The translations under genes were made by a program, and so were the position numbers. The notes beneath the pieces were generated by a model that saw only the letters and a list, made by a program, of their open reading frames with translations, was not told the origin of the DNA and searched no databases. Below are positions 8,720 to 18,423 of a DNA stretch of 64,000 nucleotides, in pieces. Origin of the DNA: an uncultured Candidatus Saccharibacteria bacterium (lineage in GTDB: Bacteria; Patescibacteriota; Minisyncoccia; Phycocordibacterales; Phycocordibacteraceae); the NCBI GenBank assembly GCA_964634305.1, contig CAZWLE010000001.1, positions 78,120 to 142,119 of the forward strand, in the 5' to 3' direction. Positions within the stretch are counted from its first letter, which is position 1. Every line of letters begins with the position of its first letter.

Positions 8720-9334
8720 ATGAAAACTATCTCTAAGTACAAGATTGCGAAGCGTCTCGGCGCTACGGTCTTCGAGAAGACCCAGTCTCAGAAGTTTGCT
8801 ATCGCTGCAGAGCGTGCAGCTAAGAACAAGAAGCGTGGCCGCGGTCGTGGACCGTCGGAATTCGGTAAGCAGCTTCTCGAGAAGCAGAAGGTACGTTTTA
8901 CGTACGGCCTCTCGGAGAAGCAGTTTAGTAACTACGTAAAGCTTGCTATGGCATCCTCAACCGTTACCCCGGTTGAAGCGATGCACCGTGCACTTGAAAT
9001 GCGTCTTGATAACCTCTGCTACCGCCTTGGTCTTGCCTCAACGCGTCGTGCTGCTCGTCAGATGGTGTCTCACGGCCACATCACGGTAAACGGCGTGAAG
9101 ACGACCATTCCTTCTCGCGCCATGCGCATCGGCGATCGTATCGCCGTGCGTGAAGGTTCGAAGGGAGCGGGCATGTTCGCGACCTTTGGGGAGAAGTTCA
9201 TGGAGCGTCCGCTTGCTTCATGGCTTACTTGGAACCCAAAGACCATGGAGGGCGGCGTCACCGAGTACCCGACGGCACAGTCGGCGGATCCGGCGGGCGA
9301 CCTCGTCGCGGTTATGTCGTTCTACAGCCGCTAA
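8720..9334 (+). CDS. rpsD: 30S ribosomal protein S4
   Basis: 204 aa with S4 N-terminal and S4 RNA-binding domains (RLDNLCYRLGLASTRRAARQMVSHGHITVNG). Confidence 0.9.
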   Translation: MKTISKYKIAKRLGATVFEKTQSQKFAIAAERAAKNKKRGRGRGPSEFGKQLLEKQKVRFTYGLSEKQFSNYVKLAMASSTVTPVEAMHRALEMRLDNLCYRLGLASTRRAARQMVSHGHITVNGVKTTIPSRAMRIGDRIAVREGSKGAGMFATFGEKFMERPLASWLTWNPKTMEGGVTEYPTAQSADPAGDLVAVMSFYSR

Positions 9335-9369
9335 TCATTTATTAACGAACAGGTAACTACGATTGAGTT

Positions 9370-10317
9370 ATGGAATACCACATCACACTTCCGTCTAAGC
9401 CCCGCGTTGTCTCTGAAGAAGGTCTCCAGGGTGTATACGAGATAGATTCACTCTATCCGGGCTACGGCCACACGCTTGGCAACTCCCTTCGCCGCATTAT
9501 TCTTTCTTCGCTCCCAGGCGCTGCTGTTACGTCGGTGAAAATCGATGACGTCGCGCATGAGTTTGCGACGATGGACGGCGTTCGCGAGTCCGTTATGGAG
9601 CTTTTGCTTAACCTCCGCCGCGTACACTTCGTCCTTCACGGCGATGAGGCACAGACCATTCGCCTTTCTGCAAAGGGTCCTAAGAAGCTTACGGCTGCTG
9701 ACCTTACGCTTCCTTCACAGGTAACGGTGTCTAATCCAGACGCGTATCTCTGTGAGATTTCTGGTAAGAACGGTATCGAGCTTGAAGCAACCATTGAGCG
9801 TGGTCTTGGCTACGTCGCTCGTGAGCAACTCACCAAGGAGAAGGTAGACATCGGCACGATTGCGCTTGATGCAACCTTCACCCCTATTCGCCGCGTTAAC
9901 TACGAAGTAGAGAACATGCGCGTTGGTGATCGCACCGACTTCAACCGCCTTCGCATTCTCATCGAGACCAACGGTACCCTCACGCCTCGTGAGGCTCTTG
10001 AGAAGTCGATTGAGACCATGATTCACCAGTTGAAGTCCGTCATCGGCTTCCAGGAAGAGACTGAATCGTCATCGTCTGATAGCGATGAAGGCGCATCTCC
10101 GGTCGTTGGCTCTGACCCAGCAAAGATGAAAATCTCTGACCTTGGTCTCTCGTCTCGCACTGCAACGGCACTTGCCGACGGCGGCGTAAAGACGGTAGCG
10201 GGTCTTCTTCGCAAGTCAGCATCTGCGCTTAAGGAGCTCGACGGCGTTGGCGACAAGGCAGTCACGGAAATCACCGAGGCGCTTGATAAGCTTGGCCTTG
10301 AGTTGAAGGGCGAATAA
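9370..10317 (+). CDS. rpoA: DNA-directed RNA polymerase alpha subunit
   Basis: 315 aa with the N-terminal dimerisation domain and C-terminal alphaCTD (KISDLGLSSRTATALADGGVKTVAGLL). Confidence 0.9.
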   Translation: MEYHITLPSKPRVVSEEGLQGVYEIDSLYPGYGHTLGNSLRRIILSSLPGAAVTSVKIDDVAHEFATMDGVRESVMELLLNLRRVHFVLHGDEAQTIRLSAKGPKKLTAADLTLPSQVTVSNPDAYLCEISGKNGIELEATIERGLGYVAREQLTKEKVDIGTIALDATFTPIRRVNYEVENMRVGDRTDFNRLRILIETNGTLTPREALEKSIETMIHQLKSVIGFQEETESSSSDSDEGASPVVGSDPAKMKISDLGLSSRTATALADGGVKTVAGLLRKSASALKELDGVGDKAVTEITEALDKLGLELKGE

Positions 10318-10327
10318 ATAATTAGGT

Positions 10328-10678
10328 ATGCGTCACCACGTTAAAGGAAGGAATCTCGGACGGCCGCGCGATCAGCGCAAGGCCCTCTTGAAGTCGCTCA
10401 CGCGCTCGCTCATTCTCCATGAGCGTATCTCAACGACCGAGGCGAAAGCCAAGGAGATACGCCCTATGGTTGAGAAGCTCGTGACCCGCGCGAAGACGGA
10501 TACGGTTGCAAACCGCCGTCTCGTGTCTTCCCGCGTCGGCGACGCAGAGGCCGTCAAGAAGCTCTTCACGGCTATTGCTCCTCGCTACAAGACTCGTGCC
10601 GGTGGCTACGTGCGCATCGTTAAGCGTGCACCACGCGCTGACGGTCGCCGCACCGCGTACATCGCATTCGTAAAGTAA
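10328..10678 (+). CDS. rplQ: 50S ribosomal protein L17
   Basis: MRHHVKGRNLGRPRDQRKALLKSL... is the L17 family. Confidence 0.9.
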   Translation: MRHHVKGRNLGRPRDQRKALLKSLTRSLILHERISTTEAKAKEIRPMVEKLVTRAKTDTVANRRLVSSRVGDAEAVKKLFTAIAPRYKTRAGGYVRIVKRAPRADGRRTAYIAFVK

Positions 10679-10682
10679 TCGT

Positions 10683-11087
10683 ATGGCTACCACTCGCATG
10701 AACAAGGACGACCGCAACCGCATCGCACATTCCGTTGCTCCACTTGAGTACACGATTGATGCTTCGGGCAAGACGCTTGGCCGCGTTGCGTCTGACGCTG
10801 CGCAGGCACTCCTTGGTAAGAAGTCCGCACACTACGTGCAGAACAAAGTGCTTCCAGTAAAAGTCACGATTACGAACGCAAAAAAGCTTAAGCTCACCGA
10901 ACAGCGTCTTGCGGAGAAGGCATACACCCGCTACACGGGTCACGTTGCCGGTCTTCGTCACTTCACGCTTCCTGAGCTCATTGCAAAGAAGGGTGTTGCT
11001 GCGGCGATTGAGAAAGCCGTCGACGGCATGATTCCACGCAACAAGCTCCGCAAGGAGCGCATGAAGCGCCTTACCATAACTGATTAA
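10683..11087 (+). CDS. rplM: 50S ribosomal protein L13
   Basis: 134 aa with L13-like composition; it is directly followed by rpsI. Confidence 0.8.
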   Translation: MATTRMNKDDRNRIAHSVAPLEYTIDASGKTLGRVASDAAQALLGKKSAHYVQNKVLPVKVTITNAKKLKLTEQRLAEKAYTRYTGHVAGLRHFTLPELIAKKGVAAAIEKAVDGMIPRNKLRKERMKRLTITD

Positions 11088-11091
11088 TACG

Positions 11092-11490
11092 ATGCCTGAT
11101 CTCGCCTACACTACCGCTGTTGGTCGCCGCAAAACGGCTACTGCACGCGTGAAGCTCGCCCCAGCAGGGAAGATGAGCGTCGTTGTTAATGGTCTTCCCG
11201 CCGACCAGTACTTCAAGACCAAAGAGCGCCAGGGGGTTACCCGTGATGCGTTCAAGGTTGAGGGTGTCGACGGCACCTTTGAGGTAACGGCAAACGTTTC
11301 TGGTGGCGGTGTTACCGCTCAAGCAGAAGCAGTCCGTATGGCTGTTGCTCGTGCACTCGAGAAACACAACGCAAACCTCCGTAAGCCACTCAAGGCTGCG
11401 GGGTACTTGAAGCGCGACCCACGCTCGGTTGAGCGTAAGAAGCCGGGTCTTTTGAAGGCTCGCAAGCGTCCATCTTGGAGTAAGCGCTAA
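11092..11490 (+). CDS. rpsI: 30S ribosomal protein S9
   Basis: 132 aa ending ...KRPSWSKR, with the GGGVTAQAEAVRMAVARAL motif. Confidence 0.9.
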   Translation: MPDLAYTTAVGRRKTATARVKLAPAGKMSVVVNGLPADQYFKTKERQGVTRDAFKVEGVDGTFEVTANVSGGGVTAQAEAVRMAVARALEKHNANLRKPLKAAGYLKRDPRSVERKKPGLLKARKRPSWSKR

Positions 11491-11526
11491 AACAAAACAC
11501 CCGCCTTTTGGCGGGTGTTTTGTTTT
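11489..11526. terminator. Bidirectional rho-independent terminator (AAAACAAAACACCCGCC-TTTTG-GCGGGTGTTTTGTTTT)
   Basis: A perfect palindromic hairpin flanked by A-tracts and T-tracts, immediately after the rpsI stop. Confidence 0.7.
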
Positions 11527-11622
11527 AGACCATTCTCATAACGTTGACAGTATGGAATAGATTTAGCATAGTGCAAAAACGATATTTCAGTACCGGAGTA
11601 CAACGCCATACAGGAGACTGAA

Positions 11623-12045
11623 ATGGCAAACATACGTGCAGAAGTAGCGACGACAGCATTGATGCTCGACCGGATGAACCCTGGCTACGCGGCCCACATC
11701 GACGTGTCGATTTTGGACTTCAACGGGCGTAATGCCCATACGTCCTGCATCTTGGCGCAGTTGCACGGCGGCAGCTATCTGGAGGGCTTGTATGTCCTCA
11801 AGGCCCGCGGCGTTTCGCAAGAAGAGCGCGAAGGCTTTTTCGCTCCCGCGGACAGCCTGTTGGTGTTCGGCCACTATCTGAGCTGGCTCGCCCCCTTTTT
11901 CGGATTCGTGGCGAACGAGCGCATGAAAGCGGCGTGGCGTTACGAAATCAAGAAACGACTTCGCAATCCGTCAGCATACCTCGTCGAGGCTCCTCCCAAG
12001 GAGCACGCCGAGCAAGTCGAAGAGCCTCACAGGCTCGCCGCCTGA
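11623..12045 (+). CDS. Hypothetical protein (140 aa), compositionally atypical (GC-rich) orphan gene
   Basis: A good AGGAG SD sits 6 nt upstream of the ATG. Local GC is visibly higher than in surrounding genes. The gene is flanked by terminator hairpins at 11489-11526 and ~12075-12112. An antisense track ORF 11587..11874 overlaps and is judged a shadow. Confidence 0.4.
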   Translation: MANIRAEVATTALMLDRMNPGYAAHIDVSILDFNGRNAHTSCILAQLHGGSYLEGLYVLKARGVSQEEREGFFAPADSLLVFGHYLSWLAPFFGFVANERMKAAWRYEIKKRLRNPSAYLVEAPPKEHAEQVEEPHRLAA

Positions 12046-12114
12046 CCTTGCATGCACTGCAATTCGCCCGCCCTTGGAGCAATCCTTGTGGCGGGCGTTG
12101 TGTATCGTATATTT

Positions 12115-12143
12115 TGACGCCCGTACTACTTTCGGGCATATTC
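12115..12143 (+). promoter_or_regulatory. Sigma70-like promoter for grpE (TTGACG-N17-CATATT). Predicted TSS coincides with the grpE ATG, so the mRNA may be leaderless
   Basis: The -10 ends 5 nt before the ATG at 12149. There is no SD. Confidence 0.35.
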
Positions 12144-12148
12144 TAGAA

Positions 12149-12694
12149 ATGAATACGAACAGCTCTCAGGATGATGTAGTAGTCGAAGCAGACGGCTCCG
12201 AGGAGCTTAGCGCAGATGACGCGAGTGAAGCATCCGGAAAAGTTGCAAAGCAGAAATCTGAGATAGAGCGCCTACGCGAAGAGAAGCAGGAATATCTCGA
12301 CGGCTGGCAGCGCGCGAAGGCGGACTATGTAAACGCGCTGAAGCGTTTTGAGGCAGAGAAGAAGGCGGCCGTTGAGCTTGGAAAAGTATTTTCAGTACAG
12401 GCATTCATTCCGGTCATGGATACCCTTGATAGGGCAGAGGCAGCAGGTGAGGTTCCTGAAGTTATGCGTGGTATTGCAAAGCAATTACATGACGCCGCAA
12501 AGACGCTCGGTCTTGAACGATTTGGCACAGTAGGCGAGGTGTTTGACCCAACACTCCACGAAGCGCTCGGCCAGGACCCTACGGAAGATAAGGAAAAGGA
12601 TGACACGGTTACAACCGTCCTCGAGGCAGGATGGCGCAGTGGCGCGCTTGTTATTCGTGCTGCAAAAGTACGTGTTGCGCATTTCGAAGGATAG
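12149..12694 (+). CDS. grpE: Nucleotide exchange factor GrpE
   Basis: Coiled-coil N-terminus plus a GrpE core (DYVNALKRFEAEKK...FIPVMDTLDRAE...WRSGALVIRAAKV). The track start at 12074 lies inside a terminator hairpin, so the start is placed at Met26. Confidence 0.85.
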   Translation: MNTNSSQDDVVVEADGSEELSADDASEASGKVAKQKSEIERLREEKQEYLDGWQRAKADYVNALKRFEAEKKAAVELGKVFSVQAFIPVMDTLDRAEAAGEVPEVMRGIAKQLHDAAKTLGLERFGTVGEVFDPTLHEALGQDPTEDKEKDDTVTTVLEAGWRSGALVIRAAKVRVAHFEG

Positions 12695-12751
12695 GTAACA
12701 AGCCCACCCGAACCCAACCTCCGGAGCGGACTTCTGTCATATCTGACGTGC

Positions 12752-12958
12752 CTATGCCCGCATTACCTGAACGGCGTAGGGTCCACTACGACTCTCAACG
12801 ATAGAGAAGACCAGTTTGTCGCCTTTCTTAAGATTGCTAAACGAAACCTCTACAAGATCATCGGAATGAAAGAAGAGTGGTTCTTTGAAGCCAACACAGC
12901 GCACAAAACCCGAGCTTCGTTCAGTGAGTTCTACAATTGTGCCTTTTTGATTTTGCAT
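12752..12958 (-). CDS. Cold-shock-domain protein paralog, divergent (RNP1 KGFGFI replaced by SGFVRCVGF)
   Basis: 68 aa, collinear with the csp gene immediately upstream. It retains ...LFFHS..L...SF..L.KGD.L.F.IVESR.GP.AV.V. Confidence 0.6.
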   Translation of the reverse strand: MQNQKGTIVELTERSSGFVRCVGFKEPLFFHSDDLVEVSFSNLKKGDKLVFSIVESRSGPYAVQVMRA

Positions 12959-13004
12959 GGGAGAGGAGTGAATGAGAAAGCGCCCATACGGGCGCTTATC
13001 TCGC

Positions 13005-13208
13005 TTAGGAAACCCGAGAGACCTTTACGGCCTTCGGACCCTTGTCGCCTTGCTCAACCTCGAACTCCAGGGTGTCGCCCTTCTGGAGGTCATCGAACGA
13101 CGCATTCACCAGCTCGTTGGAGTGGAAGAAGAGGTCCTTCTCCTGTCCTTCGATTTTGATGAATCCGAAGCCCTTATCGGTGAGACCAGCTATGATGCCT
13201 TTTTGCAT
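13005..13208 (-). CDS. cspA: Cold-shock protein CspA family
   Basis: MQKGIIAGLTDKGFGFIKIEGQEKDLFFHSNEL... carries canonical RNP1/RNP2 motifs. Confidence 0.9.
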   Translation of the reverse strand: MQKGIIAGLTDKGFGFIKIEGQEKDLFFHSNELVNASFDDLQKGDTLEFEVEQGDKGPKAVKVSRVS

Positions 13209-13926
13209 GTAGTGGTACTACAGTGAATCTAGTAACCATCAAATACAGGAGGCTGTAATCCGAAGTTCGACAAAATCGTAACCTCAGCGCTGCGGTTGAT
13301 GTTCTGAAAATATCATTTTTTATAATTTCTGTCAAATTCCTTTGGAGAGTGACCCTTCCGTTATCAGAGAGTCTTTGCTACTACTGTAGATAGCCTGTAC
13401 ATATCCACGGGCGTTTTTAGGGAGCTGCGAAATGGCTTCGAATGACGGTTGGAACATGCGTCCGATACACTGGTTCCTTCTTGTGATAGCACTTGTGGCA
13501 TTTGCTGCAGGCAGCTGGCAGATGGACGAGGCGGATCAGCATTTCCAACAAGTGGTCGAGCTAGAAATCGCTCAATAACAAACGCTCGCAACAATATACG
13601 CCGCCGGTCCTTCAGGGTTGGCGGCGTATTCTATTGACTTTTTAGGAATTTGTTATATCTTAGTATTCAGCTACAACCGTCGTAGCTTTTTGGGGATGCT
13701 GTAATGGCTGAAAAATTCATGCTCTCGATAATTACGGTTCTGGTTCTGGGTTCGCTCACGTACCACGTGTTGCGCGAAACCGACCCGACCTATGCTTCGA
13801 GGCTTGCCCAAGCCGTCTGTGCTTACGACCAAACTCTTCCGCATTGCCCACGGCAGGCGAGTTGAGCCGTAAGACCAGGCGTTACAACGGCCCGCGCTAC
13901 AGAGCGCGGGCCGTCTTGCGTCCTGC

Positions 13927-13955
13927 TTGAAACCAATCTTTGAGAAGCGTAGTAT
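13927..13955 (+). promoter_or_regulatory. Sigma70-like promoter for dnaK (TTGAAA-N17-TAGTAT)
   Basis: It lies ~60 nt upstream of the dnaK ATG. No CIRCE or HAIR element was recognised nearby. Confidence 0.35.
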
Positions 13956-14016
13956 GACCCTATACAGGGCTAGGGTTTCATCTTTTACCAATCCGCAACA
14001 CATAAGCTTTCTCTCT

Positions 14017-15894
14017 ATGGCGAAAATACTCGGCATCGATTTGGGCACGACTAATTCCGCGATGGCCATCATGGAAGGTGGCGAACCACGCGTTCTTGAG
14101 AACGCGGAAGGCGCACGCACGACTCCATCGATTGTTGCTATTGCTAAAAACGGCGAACGTCTCGTCGGTACGCTTGCAAAGCGTCAGGCAGTCACGAACC
14201 CAAAGAGCACTATTTACGGCATCAAGCGCTTTATGGGTCACCGCTTCACAGATGAGGCAGTGAGCAAGGATAAGGGCATTGTTCCGTACGAAATAAAGCA
14301 AGGACCAGATGGCGGTGTGCAGGTACACCTTGGCGATAAGGACTATCGTCCTGAAGAAGTCTCCGCGATGATTCTTGGAAAGCTGAAGGCTGATGCTGAA
14401 GCAAAGCTTGGTGAGAAAATTACCGAAGCAGTGATTACCGTTCCGGCATACTTTGACGACGCACAGCGCGCGGCTACCAAAGCCGCTGGTCAGGTCGCAG
14501 GCCTTGATGTTAAGCGCATCATCAACGAGCCAACCGCTGCGGCACTCGCGTACGGACTCAATAAAAAGAAAGATGAGAAGATTGCCGTCTACGACTTTGG
14601 TGGCGGTACCTTCGACGTCTCCATTCTTGAAGTAGGTGATGATGTCATCGAAGTAAAATCCACCGATGGCGACAGCCATATGGGTGGTCGCGATATCGAC
14701 CAGAAAATCGTCCGTTACCTTGCTGATGAGTTTAAGAAGGAGAGTGGTATTGATGTTACTAAGGACCCGCTCGCGCTTCAGCGTCTTGATGAGGGTGCAG
14801 AGAAGGCAAAGATTGAGCTCTCCTCTGCCGCAGAAACGGAAGTAAACATTCCATTCATTTCCGTTGACTCAAATGGCACGCCACAGCACCTTCTCGTGAA
14901 GCTCTCACGCGCAACGCTTGAATCGCTTGCCGAAGAGTTTGTGACGCGCTCAATGGATATCACGAAGCGCGCACTCGAGGCATCAGGCTTCAAGGCAAGC
15001 GATATCAACGAAATCATCATGGTAGGTGGTCAGACCCGCATGCCGCTCATTAAGGAAGAGGTGAAGAAGCTCTTCGGAAAGGAACCACATCTTGGTGTTA
15101 ACCCAGACGAAGTGGTAGCGATTGGCGCCGCGATTCAGGCCGGTATTCTCCAGGGTGACGTCAAAGATATTCTTCTCGTCGATGTTATTCCGCTCTCCCT
15201 CTCGATTGAAACGATGGGGGGCGTAGCGACGAAGCTTATTGAGCGCAACACCGCGATTCCAACCAGCCGCTCACAGACCTTCTCAACGGCGTCAGATAAT
15301 CAGACCTCGGTAGAGATTCATGTGACCCAAGGTGAGCGCGCCATGAGTAATGACAACAAGTCGCTTGGGCGCTTTAACCTCGACGGCATCCCACCAGCAC
15401 CACGTGGACTCCCACAGGTGGAAGTTACCTTTGATGTCGATAGTAACGGTATTCTCACCGTGAAGGCAAAAGAGAAGACCACGGGTAAGGAGCAGAGCAT
15501 CCGCATTGAAGGCTCCACCGGTCTATCAGAAGCTGACATTGAAAAGATGAAGAAGGATGCAGAGATGCATGCCGCAGACGACGCAAAGCGGAAAGACCTT
15601 GTCGACGCTAAGAACATGGCGGAACAGCTAGTCTATGCTGCAGAGAAGGCACTTAAAGAGAACGGTGACAAGATTCCGGAAGACGTTAAGAAAGATGTTG
15701 AGGACAAGATAGGCGACCTTCGTAAAGCACGTGAAGGTGAAGACCTCGACGCTATCAAGACAACAAGCGAAGCATTGTCTGCCTCCATGCAGAAGATTGG
15801 CGAGACGATGATGAAAGACCAGCCAGCAGCAGGCGATACACCACCAGAAACAGGAACGACTGATGCGGAGTTTACTGAAAAACCAAAAGAGTAA
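14017..15894 (+). CDS. dnaK: Chaperone DnaK (Hsp70)
   Basis: The start is set at [14 protein letters not shown]. Hsp70 signatures [16 protein letters not shown] and VGGQTRMP are present. The track ORF extends upstream over the promoter. Confidence 0.95.
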   Translation: MAKILGIDLGTTNSAMAIMEGGEPRVLENAEGARTTPSIVAIAKNGERLVGTLAKRQAVTNPKSTIYGIKRFMGHRFTDEAVSKDKGIVPYEIKQGPDGGVQVHLGDKDYRPEEVSAMILGKLKADAEAKLGEKITEAVITVPAYFDDAQRAATKAAGQVAGLDVKRIINEPTAAALAYGLNKKKDEKIAVYDFGGGTFDVSILEVGDDVIEVKSTDGDSHMGGRDIDQKIVRYLADEFKKESGIDVTKDPLALQRLDEGAEKAKIELSSAAETEVNIPFISVDSNGTPQHLLVKLSRATLESLAEEFVTRSMDITKRALEASGFKASDINEIIMVGGQTRMPLIKEEVKKLFGKEPHLGVNPDEVVAIGAAIQAGILQGDVKDILLVDVIPLSLSIETMGGVATKLIERNTAIPTSRSQTFSTASDNQTSVEIHVTQGERAMSNDNKSLGRFNLDGIPPAPRGLPQVEVTFDVDSNGILTVKAKEKTTGKEQSIRIEGSTGLSEADIEKMKKDAEMHAADDAKRKDLVDAKNMAEQLVYAAEKALKENGDKIPEDVKKDVEDKIGDLRKAREGEDLDAIKTTSEALSASMQKIGETMMKDQPAAGDTPPETGTTDAEFTEKPKE

Positions 15895-15901
15895 CGGCAT
15901 A

Positions 15902-15930
15902 CAAAAGAGCCCTCACCGGGCTCTTTTGTT
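15902..15930. terminator. Rho-independent terminator after dnaK (CAAAAGAGCCC-TCACC-GGGCTCTTTTG)
   Basis: A perfect 11-bp stem with a T-tract. Confidence 0.7.
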
Positions 15931-15998
15931 ACCACTGTACTCATGCTACAACGTGACTCCACGGTCCCGCGTCTCGGGACTGGCACAGGAGTGCTGAT

Positions 15999-16211
15999 AT
16001 GGAAAACTATGGTGGCTACATCGTATTGGGCATTGTAGGCATTCTCGCCATTCTCTGGGTCGTTAATGCTGCACGGGCACAATCTCGTTGCATCAATTGC
16101 GGCTGGATGGGGCGAGAATCGAGCGCTCTACGTAACGAGCCTGGTGCGCCGCCGCAGTGTCCTGACTGCCGTGGCTATCAGCTCAGACCTATGGGAGGCA
16201 AGCATGCCTGA
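15999..16211 (+). CDS. Small membrane protein with a C4 zinc-ribbon (CINCGW...CPDC)
   Basis: 70 aa: an N-terminal TM helix then a CxxC-X19-CxxC motif. Confidence 0.35.
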   Translation: MENYGGYIVLGIVGILAILWVVNAARAQSRCINCGWMGRESSALRNEPGAPPQCPDCRGYQLRPMGGKHA

Positions 16212-16404
16212 ACGCTACGCTTTCGAAGAAGTGCGCGCCATGGTTGCGACCGCGGCAGAATACTTCTCGACGCTTTCGGTGGTCGAACAATGCTTGGTGC
16301 TTGCTGCTTCCGCGGCTGTGGCACTGACTTCGGTCTCTGCGTTCGTCTACCACGAAATGGTCTCTCACCGACACCATGCACGGAGGACGCGCGTACGCTT
16401 ATGA
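16204..16404 (+). CDS. Small hypothetical membrane protein (66 aa)
   Basis: GGAGG SD 5 nt upstream of the ATG at 16204, and a hydrophobic segment. It overlaps the stop of the preceding small ORF. Confidence 0.3.
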   Translation: MPERYAFEEVRAMVATAAEYFSTLSVVEQCLVLAASAAVALTSVSAFVYHEMVSHRHHARRTRVRL

Positions 16405-16491
16405 CGACCGCTCCTAGGTCATCCTCAACCAGGCGCTTCGGCGCCTGGTTTTGTATCTCTAGAGCGCAATTTGGTATAGTGGCCTCTACCT

Positions 16492-17553
16492 ATGGCGAAG
16501 AACTACTACGACGTGCTTGGTGTCGACAAGAAGGCGACGCAGGACGACATCAAGAAGGCATTTCGCAAACTTGCCCAGAAGCACCATCCTGACAAAGGAG
16601 GTGATGAATCGGTATTCAAAGAAGTAACGGAAGCGTACGCCGTTCTTGGTGATGAGCGTAAGCGTCGAGAGTACGACTCATACGGTCAGTCATTCCCCGG
16701 CGGTGCAGGACCAGGAGGGTTTGATTTCTCAGGCTTTCAAAACGGTGCAGGTGGCGTCGAGTTTGACCTTTCTGATTTGTTCGGCGACCTCGGCGATATC
16801 TTCGGTGGCGCACGAGGGGGACGACGTGTACGCCGTGGTCGCGACATTTCTATCGATGTTGAAATCGCGTTTAAGGATTCCATCCTCGGCGTGAAGCGCT
16901 CGGTGCTCATTACTAAAATTGGTAAGTGCGATACGTGTGATGGGTCTGGCGCAAAGCCAGGTACTGAAACCATTACCTGCACCACCTGTAACGGTCAGGG
17001 AAAAATTCGTGAGACCCGAAACTCACCGCTTGGGTCGTTTACGTCAGTGCGTGCCTGTGCCGCGTGTGACGGCTCCGGAAAGGTACCAAAAGAAAAGTGT
17101 AAGAACTGTTCCGGTCATGGCATCCTCCGTAAGGAAGAAGAGGTAAAGCTTGATATCCCTGCTGGTATTGATAACGGGGAAATGATTCGTCTGCCAGGAC
17201 GCGGTGAAGCAGTGAAGGGAGGCGTAGCGGGCGACCTCTACGTAAAAGTACACGTAAAAGCACACCCAACCTTCCGCAAAGAAGGTGCCAATATCGTGAT
17301 GGAGCTTCCCGTGAAATTAACCGATGCACTCCTTGGCACCACGGTTTCTATAACGACTATTGATGACAAGGTGCTTGAAGTAAAAGTGCCGGCTATGGCA
17401 AAGACTGAAGAAACCTTGCGACTGCGTGGTAAGGGGGTAGCCTTTGGCGACGCTGCTGGTGACCTTCTGATACACGTCACCACCACACTTCCAAAGAAAC
17501 TTTCAGGAAAGGCGAAAAAGGCTATAGAAGCACTCAAAGAAGAAGGACTGTAG
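16492..17553 (+). CDS. dnaJ: Chaperone DnaJ (Hsp40)
   Basis: J-domain with HPD (KHHPDKGG), a G/F region, and four CxxCxGxG zinc-finger repeats. Confidence 0.95.
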   Translation: MAKNYYDVLGVDKKATQDDIKKAFRKLAQKHHPDKGGDESVFKEVTEAYAVLGDERKRREYDSYGQSFPGGAGPGGFDFSGFQNGAGGVEFDLSDLFGDLGDIFGGARGGRRVRRGRDISIDVEIAFKDSILGVKRSVLITKIGKCDTCDGSGAKPGTETITCTTCNGQGKIRETRNSPLGSFTSVRACAACDGSGKVPKEKCKNCSGHGILRKEEEVKLDIPAGIDNGEMIRLPGRGEAVKGGVAGDLYVKVHVKAHPTFRKEGANIVMELPVKLTDALLGTTVSITTIDDKVLEVKVPAMAKTEETLRLRGKGVAFGDAAGDLLIHVTTTLPKKLSGKAKKAIEALKEEGL

Positions 17554-17563
17554 AATAAGTCTC

Positions 17564-18394
17564 ATGGAAGGACCTCCAAAGAGAGACAAGATACCCTTGC
17601 TTCCATTTGAGGGAGAGCCGTTTTGGCATCCACGCCTTGAACCAGCAAAAGAACTCGACGTATTCGAGTTTGAATACCGCGCAGCAGAGCTATGGGCAAA
17701 ACATATTGGCGTGCCCACTATTGATGTAGTACGAGACAAAACGAATGATCTCCGCTGGGCAGCATTTTATGTTGGGTTTGATTTCAGAACAGGTAAGTAT
17801 CGGCCGGGCATTAATACTAGTGACCTCGTTGCTTCTGCATATAAGTCGTATCGCGCTATGCACGCAGAAGATACGATTCTTGAGCCATACCATGCTCCCG
17901 ATACGGCAGCGTTTGGGTGTATGAAATACGAGTTACGAGAAGCAGAAGGCTCAATAGGTATTCATTTCGATAACGCTGAGCGAGCAGTGGAAGGACCATT
18001 CTCACCAGAAGGGATTGAGCGTCGCAAACTTGAAATGCACGATTTGTTGGCAGCCGTAAAACAACGACACCCTGATATAGAAGTTGTTATGGGAAATTCG
18101 TGGCTGTATCACATCCCTGGCTACCGTTCACTATTCCCAGAAAGTTACGTTGAAAACCTTCATCCTGACCTTTCCGAAGATGAACTCAAGCGAGGATCAA
18201 CGGTATGGGGCCAATTCATTGACCGCAATAACCGTCTGAAGCGTGCAGAAGCGGATGCGTTTCTTAAAGCACTTGAGGAACTACCACCCGGTGCACCCTT
18301 TAGCGATGTATACGCTCCTAAAGGCCCCGTCTTACCACCTATGCGTGCTGAAGCACCTATCTCTGATTTTTATGAACACTACGGGATAGTGTGA
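17564..18394 (+). CDS. Hypothetical cytosolic protein (276 aa)
   Basis: A long ORF with no recognisable motif. Confidence 0.5.
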   Translation: MEGPPKRDKIPLLPFEGEPFWHPRLEPAKELDVFEFEYRAAELWAKHIGVPTIDVVRDKTNDLRWAAFYVGFDFRTGKYRPGINTSDLVASAYKSYRAMHAEDTILEPYHAPDTAAFGCMKYELREAEGSIGIHFDNAERAVEGPFSPEGIERRKLEMHDLLAAVKQRHPDIEVVMGNSWLYHIPGYRSLFPESYVENLHPDLSEDELKRGSTVWGQFIDRNNRLKRAEADAFLKALEELPPGAPFSDVYAPKGPVLPPMRAEAPISDFYEHYGIV

Positions 18395-18423
18395 TTCTCT
18401 AGCAGAGTACGCTGCTATACTAA

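Noticed and set aside
12074-12148. Track start of grpE at 12074 (MEQSLW...)
   Set aside because: That ATG lies in the loop of the CGCCCGCC...GGCGGGCG terminator hairpin and upstream of the predicted grpE promoter. The start was moved to 12149.
13230-14016. ORFs 13364..13594(-), 13449..13637(+) and 13671..14120(-) in the csp-dnaK intergenic region, plus a hand-found 54-aa ORF at ~13706..13870(+)
   Set aside because: They overlap one another or dnaK and the csp leader and promoter. They carry no motifs and have weak start signals. The region is better explained as the long csp 5'UTR plus the dnaK promoter.
13893-14016. CIRCE/HAIR heat-shock operators upstream of dnaK, grpE and dnaJ
   Set aside because: CTTGAAA-N7-TTGAGAA is not an inverted repeat, and there is no TTAGCACTC-N9-GAGTGCTAA. 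Only generic sigma70-like promoters were found.
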